The position numbers were made by a program, and so were the translations under genes. A stretch of 64,000 nucleotides of DNA from an uncultured Actinomycetota bacterium (GTDB taxonomy: Bacteria; Actinomycetota; Actinomycetes; JAHEKZ01): the NCBI GenBank assembly GCA_963824605.1, contig CAWGPZ010000006.1, positions 193,191-257,190 of the forward strand. Reading direction: 5' to 3'. Position 1 is the stretch's first letter, and the number at the start of each line of letters is the position of its first letter. Shown one piece after another: positions 42,436 to 53,221 of the stretch. Under the pieces are notes generated by a model. That model made no database searches and was not told where the DNA came from. It worked only from the letters and a program-made list of their open reading frames with translations.

Positions 42436-43398
42436 GTGCGAAAGCAGTGCCAGGGGCCCACAATCCGTTGCATGGAACAACCGGCCGGCGACGCAGATGC
42501 TTCCGCTCCCGCGTTGACGGTCTCGGCTCTCGCCCGTCGATTGGGAGTCGCACCCGCCACCCTGCGTACCTGGGATCGTCGATACGGCGTGGGCCCCAGT
42601 GGTCACTCAGCCGGTGCCCACCGCCGCTACACGCCGGCTGACGTGCACCGACTGGAAGTGATGCGTCGGCTGACCCTGGAGGGTGTCTCACCGGCCGAAG
42701 CGGCCCGGGCCGCCCTCGCTGCTCCTTCCTTGGCCAACGTGGCCCTCGAGCCCGATCGCACGCGGGCCAGGGTTGTGCCCCTGCGCAGCACGGACGCCGC
42801 GGTGCGCGGACTCACCCGCGCCGCCTTGTCGCTGGACGCCCGAGCGATCGACAAGACATTGGTGGAGGCGTTCGAGAAGCACGGCGTGCTGTGGACCTGG
42901 GACGCCCTGCTGATGCCAGTGCTCACGAGCATCGGAGAGCGTTGGCAGGAGACGGGCAACGGGGTCGACGTCGAGCACATGATGGCCGAGAGCGTCCTGG
43001 GAGCGCTCAGGTCTGTGGTGGCGTCAGCCCCGACCCCTCGAAATGCGCGACCCGTCCTGCTCGCGGGCGCTCCCGAAGAGCTCCACACTCTTCCCCTGCA
43101 GGCGTTGGCGGCCGCCTTGGCCGAGCGAGCGATTGACGCCCGAGTCCTGGGAGCACGCGTCCCGAGCCAGGCACTTGCCGCGGCCGTCCGCAGGGGCGGG
43201 GCCAGCGCAGTGTTCGTGTGGGCACATCGGGCCGAGCTCGCCGACCTCGAGCAAGTCACGTCGATTCCGGCGATGCGACCACCGGTTCGGATCGTCGTCG
43301 GAGGTCCTGGCTGGGCCGAGCAGTCGGTTCCCGACGCCGAGTACGTCACCTCGCTGAGTGAGGCCGTCACGGTTCTGCAGCGCGCCGCCGGGGGATGA
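42436..43398 (+). CDS. MerR-family transcriptional regulator with C-terminal Rossmann-like (possible degenerate B12-binding) domain
   Basis: N-terminal MerR HTH LTVSALARRLGVAPATLRTWDRRYG. The C-terminal 150 aa have weak E-x-H-x-x-P and GG motifs. Confidence 0.7.
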   Translation: MRKQCQGPTIRCMEQPAGDADASAPALTVSALARRLGVAPATLRTWDRRYGVGPSGHSAGAHRRYTPADVHRLEVMRRLTLEGVSPAEAARAALAAPSLANVALEPDRTRARVVPLRSTDAAVRGLTRAALSLDARAIDKTLVEAFEKHGVLWTWDALLMPVLTSIGERWQETGNGVDVEHMMAESVLGALRSVVASAPTPRNARPVLLAGAPEELHTLPLQALAAALAERAIDARVLGARVPSQALAAAVRRGGASAVFVWAHRAELADLEQVTSIPAMRPPVRIVVGGPGWAEQSVPDAEYVTSLSEAVTVLQRAAGG

Positions 43399-43514
43399 AC
43401 GGCCCGGCAGGGGGGTAGACCGGCATTTTGGTCGCGGGCCGTCGTTAACAACCGCCCTCCAGGTGCCGACGATGGTGCGGGGACGTCGTTCGGCGTCCGC
43501 CATCGCACGATGCC

Positions 43515-44435
43515 TTGGGGTGCCTCTTGTCCGACGACCTCGCTGAACTGCTCGCGACCGGCGAGCGGGCGGCCTTCCACGGTCGTCCCGCGAGCGGCGT
43601 GGTGGCCCTTGAGTCGGCGTTCGAGAAGGCCAGGACGGACGGCTTGGGGGCGGAGGCCACGGCTGCCGCATGGTTGCTGGGCGTGTGTCTGGCAGCCGCC
43701 GGCAAGTTCGGTGGCTCGCTCGCCGTGCTCGAACCCTTGGTGGCCGCAGGCACGTCGGACGCGCCCGAGCGTCGGCTGTTCGCGGCACTGGCCGCGTCGA
43801 CCTCGGCAGCTGTGCGGCGTCAGCTCGGACAGACCGAGACGGCTCGCCAGCTCGACGAGTCGGCCCTGGCCTACGCCGGCGGGGCTCCGGAGGCCGCGTT
43901 CGACGCGACCATCGGTCTGGCGGCCGATGCCGTGATCTCTGAGGATGCACCGGGCGCCCGGGCACACATCGCCCGAGCCCGAGAACTCACTGAAGGCCAC
44001 CACGACTGGTGGCGACAGCGGGTGCGGCTGGCATGGGTCGAGGCTGAGGTGGCGATGGTGGAAGACGATCCTGCGGTCGCCCGCGAGATCCTGCTGCATG
44101 CCGTTCAGCTGGCAGAGGTGTCCGGCGCTCCTCGCCACGTCGCCAAGACCCTTCTGCTCCTGGCAGTCGCCCACGTCCAGGCCGGTGACCTGGGCCAGGC
44201 CGAGAACACCCTTCGCAGATCTGCGACCTTGGCCGAGAGCCTCGGTGCCCTGCCGACCCTGTGGCCCTCGCGGGCCCTGCTCGGAGCCCTGTTGGAGGAG
44301 AGCGCGCCGGCGGAGTCCGCCAAGGCGCTCTCAGCGGCTCGTGGCGGGGTCATTGCCATCGCCGACGACCTCCCTGACGGGCTGCGGGGCGTCTGGTTGG
44401 ACCGCCCAGACGTCGCCGCGCTGCTGGGAGGGTGA
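43515..44435 (+). CDS. Hypothetical protein (Ala/Leu-rich helical repeats, TPR-like)
   Basis: 306-aa ORF with high GC3. No recognisable catalytic motif. Confidence 0.55.
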   Translation: MGCLLSDDLAELLATGERAAFHGRPASGVVALESAFEKARTDGLGAEATAAAWLLGVCLAAAGKFGGSLAVLEPLVAAGTSDAPERRLFAALAASTSAAVRRQLGQTETARQLDESALAYAGGAPEAAFDATIGLAADAVISEDAPGARAHIARARELTEGHHDWWRQRVRLAWVEAEVAMVEDDPAVAREILLHAVQLAEVSGAPRHVAKTLLLLAVAHVQAGDLGQAENTLRRSATLAESLGALPTLWPSRALLGALLEESAPAESAKALSAARGGVIAIADDLPDGLRGVWLDRPDVAALLGG

Positions 44436-44582
44436 CCAGATGCCGCCGAACGAAGGGGCAGTTGCTCAAAGTAACCCCTCACGCTACGTGGCAAACGTGC
44501 CGAAGGAGAACGCAAGACAGTCGGGCCCCCCTCACCCGAACACCGCAATGCGCTCGAACGGCGAGCGCTGCAAGGAGGCGCT

Positions 44583-45194
44583 GTGACCACGGTTCTGGTG
44601 TGCGACGATTCACCGCTCGCACGCGAGACGCTGCGTCGCGCCGTCGCTGCTGTGCCTGGAGTAGATCGGGTGACGGTGGCGGGGAGCGGCGAAGAGGTGC
44701 TCAGTCGTTGGGCTGGAGAGCGACCCGAACTGGTCATGATGGACGTCCGTATGCCTGGCTTGGGCGGGGTCGAGGCTGCGCGCAGACTGGTCGCGACCTA
44801 CCCGGATGCCACCGTCGTCATGTTGACGATGGCTGAGGACCAAGATGGTGTCGCGCGCGCGGTCGCCGGCGGCTCGCGTGGCTATCTGGTCAAAGACGCC
44901 ACCCGCGAGGAACTCACCGCCACCGTTTCGTACGCCCTCGCTGAAGCGTCCTGGCGTCGGGCCCCGCGGCGGGCACAACCCGTTGAGATGGGTGCGCCCC
45001 CCACGCTCACCGAACGCGAGCTGCAGGTGCTCGGGGGCATGTCCCGTGGGCGCAGCAATGCTGAAATCGGTCGTGAGCTCTACCTCTCAGAAGACACTGT
45101 CAAGACGCACGCACGTCGCCTGTTCCGCAAAGTCGGAGCCGCCGACCGGGCGCAGGCAGTGGCGATGGGGTTCCGTTGGGGCCTGGTGCGCTAG
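44583..45194 (+). CDS. Orphan LuxR/NarL-family response regulator
   Basis: REC domain with an acidic pocket (CDDS...MMDVRMPG) plus a LuxR HTH. No histidine kinase is adjacent. Confidence 0.85.
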   Translation: MTTVLVCDDSPLARETLRRAVAAVPGVDRVTVAGSGEEVLSRWAGERPELVMMDVRMPGLGGVEAARRLVATYPDATVVMLTMAEDQDGVARAVAGGSRGYLVKDATREELTATVSYALAEASWRRAPRRAQPVEMGAPPTLTERELQVLGGMSRGRSNAEIGRELYLSEDTVKTHARRLFRKVGAADRAQAVAMGFRWGLVR

Positions 45195-45240
45195 GGATTG
45201 AGGGGGTCAGCGCCGACCGCTCCGTGGTCTGCGACGTGGC

Positions 45241-45852
45241 ATGAGCAGCGATGTAACAGCGAAGCCAGCGGGAGCGATTCTCCATAGAACGGAGGATCGT
45301 GATCTGCACACCCTCGTGCGCGCAGCCGCCGCGGGCGACGACTCAGCGGCCGAGGTGCTGCTCACGCATCTCCGTCCACTGGTGGTTCGCTACTGCCGGG
45401 GACGCCTTGGACGCGCTCCTGCAGCTGATTTCGCTGCAGACGACGCGGCGCAGGAGGTGCTGCTCGCCTTGCTGAAAGCGCTGCCCCGCTACCGCGACGA
45501 GGGACGCCCGTTCGAGGCGTTCGTCTTCGGCATCGCTGCGCACAAGGTGGCCGACCTTCAGCGGGCGGCCTACCGAGCTGCCATCCCGACCGACGAGATG
45601 CCAGATGCGGTCGATGGCGGCATGACGCCTGAAGACCGGGTGCTTCAAGCCGGCGACGTCCAGCTGGCCAATGCGCTGCTGGATCGCCTGCCCTCCAACC
45701 TCCGTGAGCTGCTTCTGCTGCGCGTGGCCGTTGGCCTTTCGGCCGAAGAGACCGGTCGAGCCCTGGGTATGACACCCGGAGCAGTGCGCGTTGCCCAGCA
45801 CCGTGCGCTCGCTCGCTTGCGGATGCACGCCGCTGAAGAGGTGTACGTCTGA
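45241..45852 (+). CDS. ECF sigma factor (SigD-like by synteny)
   Basis: Region 2 ([15 protein letters not shown]) and region 4 ([30 protein letters not shown]) are recognisable. Its stop overlaps the next gene's start (TGATG). Confidence 0.85.
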   Translation: MSSDVTAKPAGAILHRTEDRDLHTLVRAAAAGDDSAAEVLLTHLRPLVVRYCRGRLGRAPAADFAADDAAQEVLLALLKALPRYRDEGRPFEAFVFGIAAHKVADLQRAAYRAAIPTDEMPDAVDGGMTPEDRVLQAGDVQLANALLDRLPSNLRELLLLRVAVGLSAEETGRALGMTPGAVRVAQHRALARLRMHAAEEVYV

Positions 45853-46748
45853 TGAGCCGCGACGAACTGGACATGGTCGCCGTCCAAGGCGATGCGGCAC
45901 TTGTGGATGCTCTGGCGACGCGGTCTGTGGGCGCGAGCGATCTCGATGACCCAGTCGTGCGTGCCTTGGCCGAGTGGGGCGAGTATGTGGATGACGGCCT
46001 CGACGACGCTGTCACCTTCGTCATGCCCGGGTCGGCGGGTGCCGCGCGGGCAGCCCACGCCGGCCGAGGGCGCCGCACCATGCTGGTGGCAGGGTCCACT
46101 GCTCTCGCTCTGGTGGTCTCAGGCGGAGCCGCCGCCGCCGTGACCGGTGACCCCCTCGCTGTCGTCAAGGCCCCGCTGCATGCGCTCGGCACGGTCAACC
46201 CCTTCTCCGGAGATGAGACGAACGCCGGCGATCGGCTTCCGAACCCCACTCCGACGAAGGCTCAGGCGAACAAGCTTCTTGCTGACGCCCGCCGAGCGAT
46301 GGCCCAAGACCATCCCGTCAAGGCCCAGCGTCTGCTCGCTGAGGCCAAGGTCCTTCTCGGCGACGACGTCAACCCGGGGCAGCAGAAGTTCATCGACGCA
46401 CTCACCAACGCATTGCCCGAAAGACCCGGTCGGTCCGGTGGCACGGGTGCGGAGCCTGGTGACCGGGGCAACAAGCCTGATCCGGGTACGGAGCCTGGTG
46501 ACCGGGGCAACAAGCCTGATCCGGGTACGGACCCTGGTGACCGGGGCAACAAGCCTGATCCGGGTGCGGACCCTGGTGACCGGGGCAACAAGCCTGATCC
46601 GGGTGCGGAGCCTGGTGACCGGGGCAACAAGCCTGATCCGGGCAGCAAGCCCGACAACGCTTCCGGGGACAAGGATTCTGGGAGTGCGTCGACGGGGTCC
46701 CAGAACGGGTGGAAGGACGGCTCCAGCGCTGCGGATGCCGACCAGTAG
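45852..46748 (+). CDS. Anti-sigma factor (RsdA-like) with single TM and repeat-containing extracytoplasmic domain
   Basis: Translationally coupled to the sigma gene. TM MLVAGSTALALVVSGGAAAAV. The C-terminal domain carries 5 tandem 13-aa repeats PGDRGNKPDPG(T/A)(E/D). Confidence 0.75.
   Translation: MSRDELDMVAVQGDAALVDALATRSVGASDLDDPVVRALAEWGEYVDDGLDDAVTFVMPGSAGAARAAHAGRGRRTMLVAGSTALALVVSGGAAAAVTGDPLAVVKAPLHALGTVNPFSGDETNAGDRLPNPTPTKAQANKLLADARRAMAQDHPVKAQRLLAEAKVLLGDDVNPGQQKFIDALTNALPERPGRSGGTGAEPGDRGNKPDPGTEPGDRGNKPDPGTDPGDRGNKPDPGADPGDRGNKPDPGAEPGDRGNKPDPGSKPDNASGDKDSGSASTGSQNGWKDGSSAADADQ
46452..46646 (+). repeat. Tandem repeat, 5 x 39 bp (gagcctggtgaccggggcaacaagcctgatccgggtacg), inside the anti-sigma CDS
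   Basis: Read directly from the sequence. Copies differ by only 1-3 nt. Confidence 0.95.
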
Positions 46749-46808
46749 TCCGACCAGGTGCTGCCCGGCACCGCCTCGCCAGGGAGTCACACGCGGTCAG
46801 GTCGGTAG

Positions 46809-48395
<1,587 letters not shown>

Positions 48396-48451
48396 GCCTT
48401 GTTGTTCATGGGTGGGATGGGCCATCGGCGGCCTCAACCCCGTGATCACCA

Positions 48452-49585
48452 GTGAAGATCAGGGAGAGTCTTGGCATGAGTGAACTCGAGATCGGGCGCG
48501 GCAAGCGCGGCCGTTCAGCGTGGCGGTTCGACGACATCGCGATTGTCCCGCATCGGCGCACCAGAGACCCGCAGGAGATCTCGATCGCCTGGCAGATCGA
48601 CGCCTACCGCTTCGAGCTGCCGCTGATGGCGGCGCCCATGGACTCGGTCGTCTCGCCGGCCACGGCGATCACGATCGGAAAGCTCGGCGGACTCGGGGTG
48701 CTCAACCTCGAAGGTCTGTGGACCCGTTACGAAGACCCAGAGCCTCTGCTGGCTGAGATCGCCGGGCTCGACGACGAGCAGGTGACGCGGCGCATGCAGC
48801 AGCTCTACGACGAGCCCATTCGCGAGGACCTCATCGTGCAGAGAATCGCTGAAGTACGCGATTCCGGCGTCGTCACGGCGGCGGCCCTGTCACCGCAGCG
48901 CACGAAGCAGTTCTGGAAGACCGTCGTCGACGCCGGCGTCGACCTCTTCGTCATTCGAGGCACGACCGTGTCGGCCGAGCACGTGTCCGGCCAGTCAGAG
49001 CCCCTCAACCTCAAGCAGTTCATCTACGAGCTCGATGTGCCTGTCGTGGTCGGCGGTGTTGCTACGTACACAGCGGCACTTCATTTGATGCGCACCGGCG
49101 CCGCCGGCGTGCTGGTCGGCTTCGGTGGCGGCGCCGCCCACACCACGTGGGACGTACTCGGCATCGCGGTGCCGATGGCCACGGCCGTGGCTGACGTTGC
49201 GGCGGCGCGACGCGACTACATGGATGAGTCAGGTGGTCGCTATGTACACGTCATCGCCGATGGTGGGGTCGGCAAGAGTGGTGACATCGCCAAGGCGATC
49301 GCCTGCGGCGCAGACGCCGTCATGATGGGGTCGCCCTTGGCGCGGGCCTCGGACGCCCCTGGCTCTGGCTGGCACTGGGGTACTGAGGCACATCACCACC
49401 AGCTTCCGCGTGGCGAGCGTGTTCGCGTCGGGGTGGTGGGAACGCTCGAAGAGGTACTGGTCGGTCCCTCGCGGATGCCGGACGGCTCGATGAACCTCTT
49501 CGGGGCCCTGCGACGGGCCATGGCGACCACCGGCTACTCAGACCTGAAGGAGTTCCAGCGCGTATCGGTCACGGTCCTTCCGTAG
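48452..49585 (+). CDS. IMPDH-family protein, GuaB3-like (no CBS insert)
   Basis: 377-aa ORF related to the IMPDH barrel (MDSVVSP..., [27 protein letters not shown]). The start is probably the internal Met at 48477. Confidence 0.85.
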   Translation: MKIRESLGMSELEIGRGKRGRSAWRFDDIAIVPHRRTRDPQEISIAWQIDAYRFELPLMAAPMDSVVSPATAITIGKLGGLGVLNLEGLWTRYEDPEPLLAEIAGLDDEQVTRRMQQLYDEPIREDLIVQRIAEVRDSGVVTAAALSPQRTKQFWKTVVDAGVDLFVIRGTTVSAEHVSGQSEPLNLKQFIYELDVPVVVGGVATYTAALHLMRTGAAGVLVGFGGGAAHTTWDVLGIAVPMATAVADVAAARRDYMDESGGRYVHVIADGGVGKSGDIAKAIACGADAVMMGSPLARASDAPGSGWHWGTEAHHHQLPRGERVRVGVVGTLEEVLVGPSRMPDGSMNLFGALRRAMATTGYSDLKEFQRVSVTVLP

Positions 49586-49644
49586 CCCTCACACCTTTGG
49601 GGAAACCGCGCGTGGCCATCGGTGCGAGGAAGTTCCCAGAGGTG
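49586..49644. terminator. Candidate bidirectional terminator between convergent guaB3-like and ABC genes (imperfect 11-bp stem acacctttggg / cccagaggtgt)
   Basis: Inverted repeat with one mismatch, read from the sequence. Confidence 0.3.
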
Positions 49645-51426
49645 TCAGTCCTCGTCGCGCCAGGAACGCCAGAGGGCTGCATAGGCACCATCAGCGCTGA
49701 CGAGCTCATCGTGGGTGCCGGCCTCAGAGATCTTTCCCTCTTCGACGACGACCACGCGCTTGGCGTCATGTGCCGTCATGAGCCGGTGGGCGATCGCAAT
49801 CACGGTACGGCCGTCGAGAACGGCAGCGAGCGACTGCTCGAGGTGGCGGGCGGCTCTCGGGTCGAGCAGTGACGTGGCCTCGTCGAGGACGAGGGTGTGC
49901 GGGTCGGCGAGCACCAACCGGGCCAGGGCCAGCTGCTGCGCCTGCGCCGGGGTCAACTTGACCCGACCGGTGCCTACCTCGGTGTCCAGCCCTTTGGGCA
50001 AGGCGTGAGCCCACTCGGCTGCGTCGACTGCCCCGAGGGCTTCCCACAACTCGGTGTCGGACGCGCCGGGGCGCGCCAACAGCAGGTTGTCGCGCAGGGT
50101 ACCGATGAAGACGTGGTGCTCTTGTGTGACGAGCGAGACGTGCCGACGGACGGTTTCGGTGGGCAGCGCGGCCAGCGCGACGTCGCCCATCTCGACCGTG
50201 CCGGTTCGGGGCGCGTGCAGACCCGCGAGCAGACGCCCCAGCGTTGACTTGCCGGCCCCGGAGGGGCCGACGATCGCCACCCGGTCCCCGGGCTCGATGT
50301 CCATCGTGACGCCGTGCAGTACGTCTCGGTCCTCGCGGTACCCGAAGCGGACGTCATGTGCGTGCAGATCTGACCCCTGGGGCTCACGGGAGCTGTCGGT
50401 CTCTGGGTCGGGCACGTCGTGGACACCGATCAGTCGGGCGAGAGAGGCCTGCCCCACCTGCAGCTCGTCGTACCACATCAAGATGATGTCGACCGGTTCG
50501 ATCAGCATCTGGGTGTAGAGAACGGCTGCGGTGACCTGGGCCAGGGTGACCTGACCATCGGCGTAGAGCCAGCCACCCATGGCAAGGACAGCCGCCAGGG
50601 GCAGCGCGTACGAGATCTCTATCGAGGGGAAGAAGACGTTCCGCAGATAGAGCGTGTAGCGCTCCCAGCTGACCCAGCGCTTGATGGCGCCGTCGGTGCG
50701 AGCGACCCGCGCCTCGCCGAGGCGATAGGCCTCCACGGTGCGTCCGGCCTCGACCGTCTCGGCGATTCCGGCGTTGACAGCGGCGTAGCTGGACATCTCG
50801 TGCCGGTAGCCGTAGGGCGCGCGCTTGAAGTACCAGCGAGTGGCCAGCACGATCACCGGAACGGCGAACAACCACGAGAGAGCGAGCACCGGCGAGGTGA
50901 AGACCAGTGCGGCGAAGACCAAAGTCGCGGTGACCAGGCCGATGGAGATCTCGGGCACGGCAAGCCGGACCGCCCATGACAGCCGGTCGACGTCGGTGGT
51001 CGTCCGCGTGACCAGGTCTCCGGTGCCGGCGCGCTCGACGACACCCGGCGGCAGCGCAACGACTCGGGTGAGGAAGTCTTCGCGAAGATCGGCCAGGACC
51101 GACTCGCCCAGAATCGCCCCGCGGATCCGCGCCCAGCGCGTGAAGATCGTCTGGACGATGAGAGCGCCGAGAAAGATGAGGGCAGCCTTGTTGGCGTACG
51201 AGACGTCGACGCCGTTTCCGATCTGCTCGACGAGGTCGCCGAGGATCTGGGGCCCGACGATGGACGCACCAGCTGCCACTGCGTTGAGAGCCACCAGCGC
51301 GAGAAAGAGCGAGCGATGCCTCTTGAGGAGGGCGATCACATACAGGCGGACCGACCTCGGTGACGACACCGGCAGCTTGCCTTCGATGCTCTTCTCGGTG
51401 AACTCCAGCGACTCGGGGGGCTTCAT
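49645..51426 (-). CDS. ABC exporter subunit (TMD-NBD) with consensus Walker A/B/H-loop and degenerate signature (LTPAQAQQ)
   Basis: 593-aa ORF with GPSGAGKST, LVLDEATS and IAHR motifs. Confidence 0.85.
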   Translation of the reverse strand: MKPPESLEFTEKSIEGKLPVSSPRSVRLYVIALLKRHRSLFLALVALNAVAAGASIVGPQILGDLVEQIGNGVDVSYANKAALIFLGALIVQTIFTRWARIRGAILGESVLADLREDFLTRVVALPPGVVERAGTGDLVTRTTTDVDRLSWAVRLAVPEISIGLVTATLVFAALVFTSPVLALSWLFAVPVIVLATRWYFKRAPYGYRHEMSSYAAVNAGIAETVEAGRTVEAYRLGEARVARTDGAIKRWVSWERYTLYLRNVFFPSIEISYALPLAAVLAMGGWLYADGQVTLAQVTAAVLYTQMLIEPVDIILMWYDELQVGQASLARLIGVHDVPDPETDSSREPQGSDLHAHDVRFGYREDRDVLHGVTMDIEPGDRVAIVGPSGAGKSTLGRLLAGLHAPRTGTVEMGDVALAALPTETVRRHVSLVTQEHHVFIGTLRDNLLLARPGASDTELWEALGAVDAAEWAHALPKGLDTEVGTGRVKLTPAQAQQLALARLVLADPHTLVLDEATSLLDPRAARHLEQSLAAVLDGRTVIAIAHRLMTAHDAKRVVVVEEGKISEAGTHDELVSADGAYAALWRSWRDED

Positions 51427-53132
51427 GCGTCTTCCCCTCGGGTCACGGTGTAGCGGTAGTCGGGGTTCTCGCGCAGCAGCTCGCGGTGGTGGCCCGTGGC
51501 GCGCACCTTGCCGTCCTTCAGAAACGCGACGGTGTCGACGTGCTCGAGCAGCAGCGGGCTGGTGGTGAAGACGACGGTGGTACGTCCGGCACGTGCCTCT
51601 CTCAGCGAGAGGCCGATCCGGGCCTCGGTGTGTGCGTCGACTGAGCTCGTGGGTTCGTCGAGGATCAAGATCTCGGGGTCTGCCACGAGCGATCGAGCCA
51701 GCGCCAGTCGTTGACGCTGGCCACCCGACAGCGACCGACCACGTTCCGGCAGGTCGGTGGCCAACCCGTCCGGCAGTGCGTCGACGACATCGAGTGCCGA
51801 GGCGAACGTGAGCGCGCTGGTGACGTCGACGCGTCCGGTACGCGGGATGTCGAAGAGGTCTTCGGCTGCGCCCGACAAGATCATCGGGTCCTTGTCCTGG
51901 ACGAGCACGCGTTCGCGGACCGTCAGCAGTGGCAGTTTCTGCATGGGCGTGCCATCGAGGACCACGTCGGACTGGCGGTAGCGGCCGAGCCGGTCGATCA
52001 GCACCTCGGAGGCGTCCGGGTCGTCGGTGACAATCGCGATCATCTGCCCAGGGGTGATCACCAGTCCGGTCTCAGGATCGGTGATCTCGCCGGCCGCTGA
52101 GGTGGCGGCAGCCGCGGACTCCTCGCCGCCCTCGTCGAACAGGCGATCGAGCGTCAGCACCCGCACCACCCGGGCGGATGCGACGCGCGCCGCTGTCCAC
52201 TTGTGCGCGGCCTCGGTGACCGTGCGCAGGGGAAGCACGAGGAAGGCGGTGTAGCCGTAGAAGGCCACCAGCTGGCCGACCGTGAGGTCACCTTGCAGCG
52301 CAAGGCGAGCCCCGAGCCACGTGACGATCACGACGAAGAACCCTGGGAGAAAGACCTGCATGGCATCCAACAGCGCGCGGATCCGCGCCGTGCGAACAGC
52401 AGCGGCCTGCACCTTCTGCGACTCAGCGTGGAATCGCTGCAGGAAGAGGTCTTCGCCGCCGATCCCACGCAGCACGCGTAGGCCGGCAACCGTGTCGGCC
52501 GCCAGCTCCTGGGTGAGGCCGAGGTAGGTGCGTTGTTCTCGCTCGCGGCGTTCGAGCGGCCGCACGAGTGGGGCGACGGCGAGGGACAGCAACGGAACCC
52601 CGATGAGGACGATGAGCCCGAGGGTGGCGTTGCTGGAGACAAGAATGGCGGCCACGACCAAGAACGCGATGATGGCCCCGATCATTCGGGGCAGGATGTC
52701 GTACGCGTTGCCGATCCGCTCGACATCGTTGGCGGACGCGGCCACCACCTCACCGGTCGCCACCTGCTTCGGCAGGTCGGCGCCGAGGTGAGCAGCCCGT
52801 CGGATCAGCAGCTGCTGAACCCGGGCGCCGGCCGTGACCCAGTTCGCCACCGCATAGCGGTGCCGGACCAGGCCGGCCGCAGCCACGGTGAGACCCAGGC
52901 CGAGCACGACCGCCGCCCAGCCGAGAGCACGCGACTCGTCCTTCTCAGAGATCGCCTGGACGCCGGCCCCGAGGGCGCCTGGGATCAGCGCCTGACCGAG
53001 CATCCACACGACCCCCCAGAACACGCCGAGTGCCAGAAGTCGCTTCTGCCGGAAACCCACCCATCGCAAGAACCGCCCTGGCGTCGACAAATCGGGCGTG
53101 CCGGGGTCGACGAAGGGCAGATGGGTGAGCAT
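51423..53132 (-). CDS. ABC exporter subunit (TMD-NBD) with consensus signature LSGGQRQR but degenerate Walker A and H-loop
   Basis: 569-aa ORF. ATGA overlap with the downstream subunit. Confidence 0.85.
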   Translation of the reverse strand: MLTHLPFVDPGTPDLSTPGRFLRWVGFRQKRLLALGVFWGVVWMLGQALIPGALGAGVQAISEKDESRALGWAAVVLGLGLTVAAAGLVRHRYAVANWVTAGARVQQLLIRRAAHLGADLPKQVATGEVVAASANDVERIGNAYDILPRMIGAIIAFLVVAAILVSSNATLGLIVLIGVPLLSLAVAPLVRPLERREREQRTYLGLTQELAADTVAGLRVLRGIGGEDLFLQRFHAESQKVQAAAVRTARIRALLDAMQVFLPGFFVVIVTWLGARLALQGDLTVGQLVAFYGYTAFLVLPLRTVTEAAHKWTAARVASARVVRVLTLDRLFDEGGEESAAAATSAAGEITDPETGLVITPGQMIAIVTDDPDASEVLIDRLGRYRQSDVVLDGTPMQKLPLLTVRERVLVQDKDPMILSGAAEDLFDIPRTGRVDVTSALTFASALDVVDALPDGLATDLPERGRSLSGGQRQRLALARSLVADPEILILDEPTSSVDAHTEARIGLSLREARAGRTTVVFTTSPLLLEHVDTVAFLKDGKVRATGHHRELLRENPDYRYTVTRGEDA

Positions 53133-53221
53133 GACGCCCCCACGCTAGAGCAGGCGTGTGTGATCGGGCGAACGAGTTTCCCGCCCCGGTCGCGCCGCGA
53201 GGACGTGGCTAGGATCACCGG

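Noticed and set aside
46452-46646. Possibility that the 39-bp repeats are a CRISPR array or a non-coding minisatellite
   Set aside because: The repeats are contiguous with no spacers and lie in-frame inside a high-GC3 coding sequence.
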